NCBI GenBank assembly: GCA_964453605.1 | Contig: CAYVOI010000001.1 | Location: 548,095-612,094 of the forward strand | Direction of reading: 5' to 3' | DNA length: 64,000 nucleotides | Origin: an uncultured Gammaproteobacteria bacterium | GTDB lineage: Bacteria; Patescibacteriota; Patescibacteriia; Veblenbacterales; UBA10138 | Part shown: piece after piece, positions 17,578 to 26,778 of the stretch | Numbering within the stretch: position 1 is the first letter of the stretch | Layout of the letters: every line of letters starts with the position of its first letter | The notes under the pieces: model-generated | What the model was told of the DNA's origin: nothing | The model's input: the letters and a program-made list of their open reading frames with translations, nothing else | The model's database searches: none | Program-made: the position numbers and the translations under genes

Positions 17578-20500
17578 TTAACCCTGGCTCCACTCGCGGC
17601 CTACGGTAGTAAAGCCAATGGCCATAATGCCGAGAAGGGGCAACCCGAAGAGTATATCGCTCGGGAAACCAGTACGCGGCAAGCTAGTTGTACTCTCACC
17701 CAAAACTTTAGGAGCTGGCGGGTAGCAGGCTGAAATGGTAGAAAGTGCAACATTGCCAGCGCGGTAGCCAAGGCTAATATGCCTAAGTTCATCGTCTGAC
17801 ACACACTGACCTAAAGACTCAGGAATAAGTGAGGCCTCGCTGGTGGCTGGTACGAAGTAGCGCTTGCTGTCGTCAGGGCTCACGTACCAGAGCTCACCCT
17901 GGGACTCGGTTTGCAAGAAGAGCTTACCCCGCTGTGCCGCGGCGTAAACCATATCAACTGACGTGCTCGGCAGTGTAGTAGGCTGGTTAGCTACCGTAGT
18001 CAAGCCCAAGGGTATCTTGGCTAAGTTAGCATCTGATAGCGGAGCCGCAAAGGCCCTGAGCACATCATAGGTTGCCTTATCAGCTGGCAAGTAGAAGCGC
18101 TGGTTGGTGCCTGGAGCCAGGTACCACGCGGTGTTACCTGCCTGACACTGCAGGGCGAACCGGCCGCTGTACTTTTGTGCTACAGCGGATTTAGGTGAGG
18201 TCACCTTAGCCGCCTCAGCTGGCAAGTTGATACAAGCCGCTCCTAAAACCTGCGGCGGGGGCGTACCACCAGAGGTTACGGTGGTAACTTCGGTGGCAGT
18301 ACTCTTTTGGGCAAAGCAGCCCTTGGTGTTGTAGAAGCGAGCGTAGATGGTTTTGGAACCAGCACCTGAGCTCAAGCTCCACGACACTACTGGCGCCAGC
18401 GGCACGGAAGCCTGTGGGGTGAAGCTCTCCGTATTACTCAACACGAGGCTCGTAACATCAGCACCGTAGGTTAGGTTAAGCGCGGCCGTGGAGCCTGCTA
18501 CGCCACCAGCCGGAATAGTGAGGTTGACCGTGGCGGGGTCAACTCGGTTAATGGTTGAATCACAGTCCGTGCCGCCACCTCCCCCACCACCGCCACCTCC
18601 CCCACCACCGCCGGTGTCGTTGTTAGTTACCGTGCAGGTTTTGGTCTCGCCGGCGGCAATAGTGCCCTCACAGCCAGCGCCCAAAGTCTTGGTGTACCCA
18701 CTCTGGGTTGTTTCATCTACGCTGTAGGAGCCCGGCGATAGCGTTACCGTGACACCATCTTCACTGCCACGGAACGAAGTTCGCGAGACATTAGTACCGC
18801 TCACGGTGAGCGAAAAATCATCAGCCACGCGGCTGCCACCGTGGTCGTTAATAACGTGCTTTTTCACAATCAGCGTAGCTTGAGTTGGCACTGAGGCTAC
18901 GTCGCTGTTGGTTATAGTACAAGTTTTACTGTCGCCTGCTACCAAGGTAACGTCGCCGTTACTGTTACAGTCACCAGTCAGTGAGCTCTGCACGTAGCCC
19001 GAGGGCACGGTGTCCTCGCTCACCTGGTAGGTGCCAGGCGGCAGCGTGTAGCCTACGCCAGTTGTAGAACCGGCACTGGGGGAATTCGCTACCTCAGCCA
19101 CGCCGCTTTTTACGTGCAAGGTGAAATCGGCCGCGGCCTTGGAGCCGCCGTGGGTATTTATAACCTGCTTCTTTACGAGTAAGGTAGCGGTAGTGGGTGG
19201 CGGAGTCTGGTCGGCGTTAACAATGGTACACGTTTTGGTCACACCACTTTCTATGGTTACGGTACCGTCGGTAGCACAATCACCACCTACGCCACTCTGG
19301 AGGTAGTTGGTAGGTAAGGGGTCTTCGCTCACTGTGTAATTCCCCGGCGCGAGCACGTACGTGGTGCCAGTGGCGCTGCCAGCCGCGGGACTGCCAGTAA
19401 CGTCAGTGCCACCGCTCTCAACGTGCAGGGTAAAATCGGCTGCCGTCTTGGTGCCGCCGTGGGTGTTCACCACCTGCTTCTTGACAATGAGCGTACCAGG
19501 AACGGGCGGCGTCAACTGGTCGTCGTTCGTAATGGTGCAGGTTTTAGTCACGTTTGACTGAACAATCACGGACCCATCAACGTCACAATCGCCAGCTATG
19601 CCGGTCTTAACGTAGCCACTCGGGGCCACGTCTTCGCTGACCATGTAGGTGCCGGGCGCCAGTGTGTAGGTTACCCCAGTCTCAGATCCCGCTTGGGGGC
19701 TACCGGTAACGTCGGCCAAACCCTGCTTCACGTGTAGCGTAAAGTCGGCGGCATGTTTGGTGCCCGTGTTGTTATTGATCACGCGCTTCTTCACCATGAG
19801 GGTACCAGCTATGATCGGGCTGACATTGGTGATGGTACAGGCTTTGGTATCACCTGCGATAAGGGTAATAGAACCGTTTGAGGCACAGTCACCCGCCACG
19901 CCTTGGCTGGTATAACCACCGGTCGGTGCGTCTTCGCTCACCTGGTAGGTACCCGCGGGCAGGGTGTAGGTTACCCCAGCCTCAGACCCTGCTTGTGGGC
20001 TGCTAGAGACGTCGCTGCCAGCAGCTTTCACGTGCAGCCTGAAGTCGGCCGCGGTCTTTACACCGCCACCGCTGTTATCGACGTGCTTCTTCACCACCAG
20101 CGTAGCTAAGTCCCCCACACAGATGGTTGAGCCCGTGGTGTGCACGGTGTTACTGTCGACCCAGGTACCGAAGTTATTGTACTCAAAGGAACTGGTATGG
20201 CCGGTATTGGCAATGTCAAACGGACCACACAGACTCGGGGTTTTTACGGTCGCAGTCCACGTGATGGTACCCGTTTCGTTTGGAACTAACGTGTTAGCGT
20301 TCCAGAGTAATGTGCGGGTGCTCGAGGTATAGAGCGGTGCGCTGCCGTAGCCCGGAGTAATATTGCTGGAGTTAGTCGAGCTTACAAAAGTCAGGAGTGG
20401 ATCCACCACGTCCTTCACCTTCACTCCCCCACCAGTACAGTCAGCTGTACCAGTGTTCTTGATGTTTAACGTGTACGTTAGGACATCACCCGGACTAGCT

Positions 20501-21864
20501 GTAGTCGCACTGACAGATTTAGTAATTGTTAGTGTGCACTGCGTGGCCGGGGGTACATCATTATTCGTGACCGTACAGGTTTTGGTTTCACCGGCGGCTA
20601 TGGTCCCCGAGCAGTCCGTACCGAGCGAGGTGGCGTAACCAGCCGCGGCTGCCTCGCCAACGCTGTAGCTCCCCGGGTCCATCGTCAATGTCGTACCAGT
20701 CTCAGAGCCAGCAAACGAGCTACTCGGTGACACGTTCTGACCTGCGACCGTGAGGGTAAAATCGGCTGCCGCCTTAGAGCCGCCACTATCGTTCACCACG
20801 TGCTTTTTCACCACCAACGTAGCCGTAGTCGGGCAGCTGGTAGAGGTCACAGGCAGAGTGGCGTGCACATCTTCAGCATGGTTCACACCGTCAGACACCG
20901 TCAAGCTAAGGGTATAGCTACCGGGGGCGTAGGTATGCGGGGCAGTTGCCGTCAGGTGCTGGCCGGCACTGGTGCCGTTCTTAGTGGTAACCGTATCGGC
21001 GCTGCCGTCCCCCCAGCTGAAGGTAAACGTCAGGTTCTTGCCGTCAGGGTCGTGTGCCGTCGCGGTCCACGTGCCAACACCACAGCTGAGTGAACCGCTA
21101 AAACTATCTAGTACGATGGTTTCAGGGGTATCGTCGTTCGTGACGGTGCAGGTTTTGGTTTCACCGGCGGCAATAGTACCAACGCAATCCGCGCTGAGGC
21201 TCTTCTGGTAGCCGGGCGTAGTCGCCTCATCCACGCTGTAGCTGCCGGGGCTAAGGGTGAGCGTAACACCAGACTCGCTGCCCGTTACCGTACTCTGCGG
21301 CTGCACGTTAGTACCCGTAACATTAAGGGTAAAATCGGAAGCTTGTTTGTTGCCACCGTTATCGTTAATAACGTGCTTTTTAACAATCAAGCTGGCCGTG
21401 GTGGGGGCGCAGGTGCCGACGGTTACACTGGTAGAACCACTCACGTGCTCGGTCAGGTTGGCTACATCATACACCGTTACCTGGACGGTGTAGGTGCCGG
21501 CCGCGGCGTAGGTATGAGTTGGGCTTATGGTGTGAACCTGCATCAACCCGGGGTTAGTGTGGGTAATGCTCTGCAGTGGGCTGGCATCGCCCCAGCTAAT
21601 ATCAAAACGCAAGCTAAGCCCGCCATCATGATCGATAGCAGCTATAGTCCACGAGCCGCTGGCACAGGTGGTGGAGCCTGAGGGTGCGGTAAGGGCCGTA
21701 AGTTCGAGCGAACTAGGTTCACTGGTGTTACCAGCGCTACTGGGTACGGCGCCTAGGCCAACGGTAATAGCAACCGAGGCTAGGGCAATGGCCACTAGTA
21801 CGCCGAGGTGGACCTTGGCACTGGGTAAGCTTTGAGCGGGTTGGTTGTGAGGCATAGTGTTCAT
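17578..21864 (-). CDS. Giant (1428 aa) LPXTG-anchored surface protein. It comprises a signal peptide, 2 PKD domains, about 9 tandem ~95-aa CnaB/prealbumin-like repeats, a DUF11-like repeat, a (Gly)14 linker and a C-terminal module, ending in LPRTG + TM + charged tail.
   Basis: Repeats of LVVKKHV.N..GG.K...DF.L.V.G......G...G....L.PG.Y.V.E....GY......C......G..K.C.ITN and PKD motifs (WGDGS...HTYA.AGTYT). The C-terminus ...ESTTSLPRTGFPSDILFGLPLLGIMAIGFTTVGREWSQG is a classic cell-wall sorting signal. Confidence 0.8.
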   Translation of the reverse strand: MNTMPHNQPAQSLPSAKVHLGVLVAIALASVAITVGLGAVPSSAGNTSEPSSLELTALTAPSGSTTCASGSWTIAAIDHDGGLSLRFDISWGDASPLQSITHTNPGLMQVHTISPTHTYAAAGTYTVQVTVYDVANLTEHVSGSTSVTVGTCAPTTASLIVKKHVINDNGGNKQASDFTLNVTGTNVQPQSTVTGSESGVTLTLSPGSYSVDEATTPGYQKSLSADCVGTIAAGETKTCTVTNDDTPETIVLDSFSGSLSCGVGTWTATAHDPDGKNLTFTFSWGDGSADTVTTKNGTSAGQHLTATAPHTYAPGSYTLSLTVSDGVNHAEDVHATLPVTSTSCPTTATLVVKKHVVNDSGGSKAAADFTLTVAGQNVSPSSSFAGSETGTTLTMDPGSYSVGEAAAAGYATSLGTDCSGTIAAGETKTCTVTNNDVPPATQCTLTITKSVSATTASPGDVLTYTLNIKNTGTADCTGGGVKVKDVVDPLLTFVSSTNSSNITPGYGSAPLYTSSTRTLLWNANTLVPNETGTITWTATVKTPSLCGPFDIANTGHTSSFEYNNFGTWVDSNTVHTTGSTICVGDLATLVVKKHVDNSGGGVKTAADFRLHVKAAGSDVSSSPQAGSEAGVTYTLPAGTYQVSEDAPTGGYTSQGVAGDCASNGSITLIAGDTKACTITNVSPIIAGTLMVKKRVINNNTGTKHAADFTLHVKQGLADVTGSPQAGSETGVTYTLAPGTYMVSEDVAPSGYVKTGIAGDCDVDGSVIVQSNVTKTCTITNDDQLTPPVPGTLIVKKQVVNTHGGTKTAADFTLHVESGGTDVTGSPAAGSATGTTYVLAPGNYTVSEDPLPTNYLQSGVGGDCATDGTVTIESGVTKTCTIVNADQTPPPTTATLLVKKQVINTHGGSKAAADFTLHVKSGVAEVANSPSAGSTTGVGYTLPPGTYQVSEDTVPSGYVQSSLTGDCNSNGDVTLVAGDSKTCTITNSDVASVPTQATLIVKKHVINDHGGSRVADDFSLTVSGTNVSRTSFRGSEDGVTVTLSPGSYSVDETTQSGYTKTLGAGCEGTIAAGETKTCTVTNNDTGGGGGGGGGGGGGGTDCDSTINRVDPATVNLTIPAGGVAGSTAALNLTYGADVTSLVLSNTESFTPQASVPLAPVVSWSLSSGAGSKTIYARFYNTKGCFAQKSTATEVTTVTSGGTPPPQVLGAACINLPAEAAKVTSPKSAVAQKYSGRFALQCQAGNTAWYLAPGTNQRFYLPADKATYDVLRAFAAPLSDANLAKIPLGLTTVANQPTTLPSTSVDMVYAAAQRGKLFLQTESQGELWYVSPDDSKRYFVPATSEASLIPESLGQCVSDDELRHISLGYRAGNVALSTISACYPPAPKVLGESTTSLPRTGFPSDILFGLPLLGIMAIGFTTVGREWSQG
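18571..18612 (-). repeat. In-frame (GGN)14 simple-sequence tract encoding a poly-Gly linker.
   Basis: Plus strand reads gcc gcc acc tcc ccc acc acc gcc acc tcc ccc acc acc gcc, which is poly-Gly on the coding strand. The artefactual poly-Pro ORF 18488..18727 on the opposite strand reflects the same tract. Confidence 0.8.
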
Positions 21865-22011
21865 AATAAAGTATTTAGGTGGGGCAGCATTCCCACCACC
21901 TTTAAAGTTAATAAAATAACCCTTTACCTTAGCATGGAGCTAAAAACCTGTCAACCCCTACAAGCTAAAGCGGGGTGGGGGAACCCCCACCCCGCTTGGA
22001 ACCTAAGTACG

Positions 22012-25000
22012 TTATGGCAGCCGAGGTTTCGGCAGGTTCAGGGCCGGACACTTCATCAGGTTTATCCAGCGCTTGGTGGTCTTGTACACGTACCCGGTGG
22101 GTGTGTGGTCGTTCGGTAAACCGTAGAGCACCCACGGGCTCAAAATTTCGGCGTTGTGATCAAGCTGGTACTTCTTGACCGCGTTGTAGGTAGCTCGGTT
22201 GTACACCCCAGTGACCTTTAAGGGCCCATAGCCCAGCTCGTTCAAGAACTGTTGCAGCCGTTTGACATCAGCTGCGTTATTGCGTCGCCCAAGCTTAATG
22301 TAGGTGTGGATGTACTCTTTGCACATGGCAGTTGATTCACCGAGCACCTGGCCGGTAGGGCCAGTCGACACACCTAGGACTTGCGGCACAGCCACACTCT
22401 TGTCAGCCGCACAACCAGTGACCTCGCGGAACCTAACGTAGATAGTGCTGGTTCCAGCTGGCACAAACATGGTGCGGGTAGCGGTTGGCGCTTCAAAGCT
22501 GGCGCCGGCAAAGTCAGCGTGTACGCTGTAGGCTACCTGAACCACCGTTGCAGGGTAGGTTAGGTTGAGTGTTGCCACGTCCCCTACCAAGCTCGCCAAG
22601 GTTACTCCAATGCTCGCTGGTGTAGGTGTGGAACAGACAAACGGGCTACCGCCTCCACCACCGCCTCCACCTCCCCCACCACCGCCGTTTGAGGCTACGG
22701 TAAAGGACGTGCTGTCAGTATTGTTCTGGCTGTTGTCATCGTTCTGGCTAGCAATGGTGGCGCTGTTAGTAACCGTGCTACCAGCTGAGCTTGTAACCGA
22801 CACCACAATGTGCAGCGACTTGCTCTCGCCGTTGGCGAGCGCACCAACCGTCCAAACACCCGTGGTAGTGTTGTAGGCACCAGCGCCGTCGTCAGACACG
22901 TAGGTTACACCGGCCGGAAGCACGTCGGTCATGGTCACGCCACTGGCCGCGGCTGGACCAGCGTTCGCCACCGTCAGGGTGTACGTTACCTGGTCGCCCT
23001 GGTGCGGCGCAAAGCTGCTCACCGTTTTGCTGGCCGAGAGGTCAGCGTTGGTAGGTTGGACCGGTACAAACGTGTTAGTTACCGTACAGGTTACCGCTTC
23101 ACCGGCCACCACGGTCACGCTGCCGTTTTCAGTACAGCCGTCACCGTAGCTCACCTGCCAGGTTACCCCTGGGTTTTGCTCCTGCACCTGGTAGGTGCCG
23201 GCTAGCAAGGTGTACGGGGTACCAGGTGTACTCTGACCCGCCGCTGGCGAACCAGCTACATCACCATCAGCCAAAACGTGAATGCTGAAATTGGCGGGCA
23301 GGTCGCCCTCGCCACCACCAGAAACTACCTTAACCACGCGGAGGGTGCCCTTAGTTGGGCTAAAGGTATTGGTAATGGTGCAGGTAGCCACCTCACCCAA
23401 AGACAGGGTGATGCTACCGTTCTCAGTACAATCACCGGCGAAACTTGCCACGTAGTCAGCTGGGCCGCCGCTCTCCGACACGGTGTAGGTACCAGCGCTA
23501 AAGGTGTTCTCGCTACCACTTACCACCTGGGTTTCACCCACAAACAGGTTGAAGTCGGCAACTTGAGCCGTGCCACCCGCCACCACCTTAGTTACGGTGA
23601 GCTTAGGGGCAATGTCATTGTTGGTAATGGTGCAGGTAGCCTCTCCACCATTGGCCACGGTAACTTCGCTACAGCCATCGTAGCTAACGTCGTAGCCAGT
23701 GTTGGGCAGTTCAGTAACCGTGTAGGTGCCAGCATCAACCGTCAGGTCGTTCTGGCCATCAGCCTCAAAGGCTTGGGCCTCACCATTGTTCACGCTGAAG
23801 GAAAAGTCGCTCGAGCTAGCAGTGCCACCGTTGTCGTTCGTAACATGCTTGACCACGTGGAGGGTACCGGGCTGGTCGTTGTTCGTTATGGTACAGACCT
23901 TGGTCTCCCCCACGGCTAGAGTTACCGAGCCCTCACCGTCACAGTCGCCGGAGTAGGTAGCAGCGTAGCCCGCCGGGCCACCGCTCTCCGACACCGTGTA
24001 GGTGCCAGCGCTAAAGGCGTTGCTCTGGCCGCTCGTTACCTGCGTGTCCCCGACAAACAGATTGAAGTCAAACACTTGGGCAGTACCACCGTTGTCGTTC
24101 GTTACCACCTTAATAACCGTTAGGCCGGGTGCCACGTCGTTGTTCGTTATGGTACAACTGGCTACCTCACCCAACGACAGAGTGATGTTACCCTGAGGGT
24201 CACAGTCACCACTGAAGGTGCCAACGTAGCCGGCGCCGGGGTCTGCCTCGCTCACGGTGTGCGGACCAGCAAGTAACGTCTGCTGCTGGCCGGAGGTAAC
24301 CTGGTTACCATCAACCATGAGGGTAAAATCAGTCACTTGCTTGGTGCCACCGTCGTTGTTCGTAACCACCTTGGTCACGGTCAGCTTGGGAGCAATATCG
24401 TCATTCGTGATGGTACAGCTCTTAACGTCGCCTAAACCCAAAGTAACGCTACCTTCGGCGTTACAGTCGCCACTGAAGGTAGCCGTGTAACCAGCCGAAC
24501 CGACCTCGCTCACGATGTAGGTACCGGCGTCAAACGTGTTCTGCACACCGCTGGTAACACCAGCCTCGCCAACGAACAGCGGGAAGTCTGACACCTGCTT
24601 GGTGCCGCCGTCGTTGTTCACTACTACTTTGGTCACGGTCAGCTTAGCGGCTACGTCGTCGTTCGTTATGGTACAAACGGCCACATCACCAACGGCCAGA
24701 GTGACCTGGCCTTGGGCGTTACAGTCGCCACTGAAGGTAGCCGTGTAGCCTGACTGGTTCGTCTCAGACACCTGGTACGTACCAGCGTTAAACCCATTCT
24801 GAGCCCCTGAGGTAACCGAGCTCTGTCCCACAAACAGTGGGAAGTTGGACACTTGCCTAGTGCCACCGTTGTTATTGATAACAACTTTAGTAACGGTGAG
24901 TTTGGGTTGAATGTCGTTATTCGTTATGGTGCAAGACTTAACATCGCCCAGGCTCAGGGTTACGTGACCTTGCGCGTCACAGTCGCCGGAGTAGGTGGCA

Positions 25001-26487
25001 GCGTAGCCCACTGCACCGGTCTCCCCTACCGTGTAGGTACCGGCGTTAAAGCCGTTCTCTGCCCCTGAGGTAACAGAAGTTTGGCCTACGGTGAGTGGGA
25101 AGTCCTGAACAGTCTTGGTACCGCCGTTGTCGTTCGTCACAACCTTGGTCACCGTCAGCTTGGGTTGAATGTCGTTATTGGTGATACTACACGTTACCGT
25201 CTGTCCAAGCGACAAGGTAACCTGGCTACCAACTAAGTTTCCGCCATTACAGCTCCAGCTGCCAGCACTGTAGCCAGTCACGTTAGACTCGGACAAGGTG
25301 TAGGCTACCCCGGCTTGCACGGTGTGGAACGTGGTCGAGTTACCGAGGTCGCTGAAACCGCCAGTACCCGTAGCCGTTAAGGTCCAGTCCGCCGGAGTCT
25401 TACTCCCACCATTGTCATTGGTCACCTGCTTTACCAATTTCAGAGTGGGAGCAATGTCATTATTCGTTATGGTACAGCTCTTGCTCTGGCCAGCCACCAC
25501 GGTAACGTTACCGTTGGCATCACAATCACCTGAGTAGGTGGCGGCGTAACCGGCCGAACTGGTTTCGCTCACCACGTAGCTACCGGCGGTAAAGGTGTTG
25601 GTAGCCCCCGAGGTAACCTGGGTCTGCCCCACGAACAAGGGGAAGTCTGACACCTGCTTGGTGCCACCGTCGTTGTTCGTAACCACCTTGGTCACGGTAA
25701 GCGTGCCAGTGGTGGGGGCATTGTCGCTGTTCGTTATAGTACAGGTCTTAGCCTGACCTGAAGCAATGGTACCAGAGCAGCCAGCGCTCAAGGTTTTGGT
25801 GTAGCCGTTAGTTGCAGCCTCATCAACACTGTAGGTGCCTGAGGTAATGTTCTGACCAAACGAAACGCCCACGGTTGTGCCAGGGTTCTCGGCACCCGCG
25901 AAGCTTGATTGGTTAAAGGTTAAACCGGTCGAACCGGTAACGTTCATGGTAAAGTCCGAAGCTACCTTGGTACCACCATTGGTGTTCACTACATGCTTAA
26001 TCACGTTAATGGTGGCGGGTGGAATAATAGCGTTCACATCAACCTGAGCTAGGTCAGCACCGTCTTGACCTGTTGGCTGGCCATGGTACACCATCACCCG
26101 GATGGTGTAGGTACCCGTAGCTGGGTAGGTGTGGGTAGCAGTCCAGTTGGTGGTGTAAACCTTGGTGCCGCTGTTACAGGTCGTGCTTGAGAGCGTGGCG
26201 GGTTCAGGCGTAGCTAGTAAGCCATTCGCAAGGTCCCAGGATAGTACGGAAACGCTCTGCCCGGCTGGACAGGTACCCTTGTACGGGTTAGCACTAGCAG
26301 AACCACTCAGCGTGATAGCAAACGGCGCGACCGCGGCAGAGCTGACGGTAATAGCGTACCCGCTCACAATAGCGTTAGCAGTGGTAGGAACTACGAGCTG
26401 TAAGCCAAGTACCAGGGCTGACAGTGCAGCCCCGCGGAAGCGGCGTAGACTCTGGCTGGTGTGTACCATAGGCGTGTGGGTTAGCAA
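22012..26487 (-). CDS. Giant (1491 aa) secreted surface protein, paralogue of 17578..21864. It comprises a PKD-like domain, about 11 CnaB/prealbumin-like repeats, a DUF11 repeat, a (Gly)13-14 linker, a shared post-Gly module and a C-terminal PG_binding_1 (peptidoglycan-binding) domain. It has no LPXTG.
   Basis: The same ~95-aa repeat family (LTVTKVVTNDNGGTK.V.DF.L.VG...VTSG....F.AGTY.VSE....GY.AT.SGDC...G.VTL..G..K.CTITNND). The C-terminal segment NAADVKRLQQFLNELGYGPLKVTGVYNRATYNAVKKYQ matches the PG_binding_1 helix bundle. Confidence 0.8.
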   Translation of the reverse strand: MLTHTPMVHTSQSLRRFRGAALSALVLGLQLVVPTTANAIVSGYAITVSSAAVAPFAITLSGSASANPYKGTCPAGQSVSVLSWDLANGLLATPEPATLSSTTCNSGTKVYTTNWTATHTYPATGTYTIRVMVYHGQPTGQDGADLAQVDVNAIIPPATINVIKHVVNTNGGTKVASDFTMNVTGSTGLTFNQSSFAGAENPGTTVGVSFGQNITSGTYSVDEAATNGYTKTLSAGCSGTIASGQAKTCTITNSDNAPTTGTLTVTKVVTNNDGGTKQVSDFPLFVGQTQVTSGATNTFTAGSYVVSETSSAGYAATYSGDCDANGNVTVVAGQSKSCTITNNDIAPTLKLVKQVTNDNGGSKTPADWTLTATGTGGFSDLGNSTTFHTVQAGVAYTLSESNVTGYSAGSWSCNGGNLVGSQVTLSLGQTVTCSITNNDIQPKLTVTKVVTNDNGGTKTVQDFPLTVGQTSVTSGAENGFNAGTYTVGETGAVGYAATYSGDCDAQGHVTLSLGDVKSCTITNNDIQPKLTVTKVVINNNGGTRQVSNFPLFVGQSSVTSGAQNGFNAGTYQVSETNQSGYTATFSGDCNAQGQVTLAVGDVAVCTITNDDVAAKLTVTKVVVNNDGGTKQVSDFPLFVGEAGVTSGVQNTFDAGTYIVSEVGSAGYTATFSGDCNAEGSVTLGLGDVKSCTITNDDIAPKLTVTKVVTNNDGGTKQVTDFTLMVDGNQVTSGQQQTLLAGPHTVSEADPGAGYVGTFSGDCDPQGNITLSLGEVASCTITNNDVAPGLTVIKVVTNDNGGTAQVFDFNLFVGDTQVTSGQSNAFSAGTYTVSESGGPAGYAATYSGDCDGEGSVTLAVGETKVCTITNNDQPGTLHVVKHVTNDNGGTASSSDFSFSVNNGEAQAFEADGQNDLTVDAGTYTVTELPNTGYDVSYDGCSEVTVANGGEATCTITNNDIAPKLTVTKVVAGGTAQVADFNLFVGETQVVSGSENTFSAGTYTVSESGGPADYVASFAGDCTENGSITLSLGEVATCTITNTFSPTKGTLRVVKVVSGGGEGDLPANFSIHVLADGDVAGSPAAGQSTPGTPYTLLAGTYQVQEQNPGVTWQVSYGDGCTENGSVTVVAGEAVTCTVTNTFVPVQPTNADLSASKTVSSFAPHQGDQVTYTLTVANAGPAAASGVTMTDVLPAGVTYVSDDGAGAYNTTTGVWTVGALANGESKSLHIVVSVTSSAGSTVTNSATIASQNDDNSQNNTDSTSFTVASNGGGGGGGGGGGGGSPFVCSTPTPASIGVTLASLVGDVATLNLTYPATVVQVAYSVHADFAGASFEAPTATRTMFVPAGTSTIYVRFREVTGCAADKSVAVPQVLGVSTGPTGQVLGESTAMCKEYIHTYIKLGRRNNAADVKRLQQFLNELGYGPLKVTGVYNRATYNAVKKYQLDHNAEILSPWVLYGLPNDHTPTGYVYKTTKRWINLMKCPALNLPKPRLP
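22648..22689 (-). repeat. In-frame (GGN)13-14 tract encoding the poly-Gly linker of the second giant paralogue.
   Basis: Plus strand reads acc gcc tcc acc acc gcc tcc acc tcc ccc acc acc gcc. The poly-Pro in ORF 22565..22876 (+) is the opposite-strand artefact. Confidence 0.75.
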
Positions 26488-26608
26488 ATCGGTTAGCCAC
26501 TAAGTTTATGGCTAAACGTAGTTAAAGATTATGCAGGTAAAGCGTTACACTAGTAATGTAACACACGACCTTACACTGAACCAAAAAGGTTGTCAAGTGG
26601 ATAATTAA

Positions 26609-26680
26609 TCTAGCTGAATACTAAAGTTATTCAGCTAGAACGAGGGTAAGCACAGAGCCCACCAGAGTTTGGTGGGCTCG
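26609..26680 (-). terminator. Two consecutive hairpins downstream of the 3373-aa gene (candidate terminators). The first contains the conserved ctgaatac-N-aaagttattcag motif.
   Basis: Hairpin 1 is tctagctgaata-ctaaagt-tattcagctaga (12-bp stem). Hairpin 2 is gagcccacca-gagtt-tggtgggctc (10-bp stem). Both lie 100-170 nt past the stop at 26779. Confidence 0.45.
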
Positions 26681-26778
26681 GTGAGCTAGCTAAGCTTCCT
26701 GAAACTTACGGCAGGTTCCAGAACGCCTGGGCGGGCCCCACCCGGGCACGTAGACTGGCCCGGGTGGGGTGAGGAGGC

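Noticed and set aside
18488-18727. ORF encoding a poly-Pro (P x 15) peptide on the plus strand, and the similar 22565..22876 ORF.
   Set aside because: Both are reverse-strand readings of the (GGN)n poly-Gly tracts inside the giant surface-protein genes, so they are artefacts of the simple repeat.
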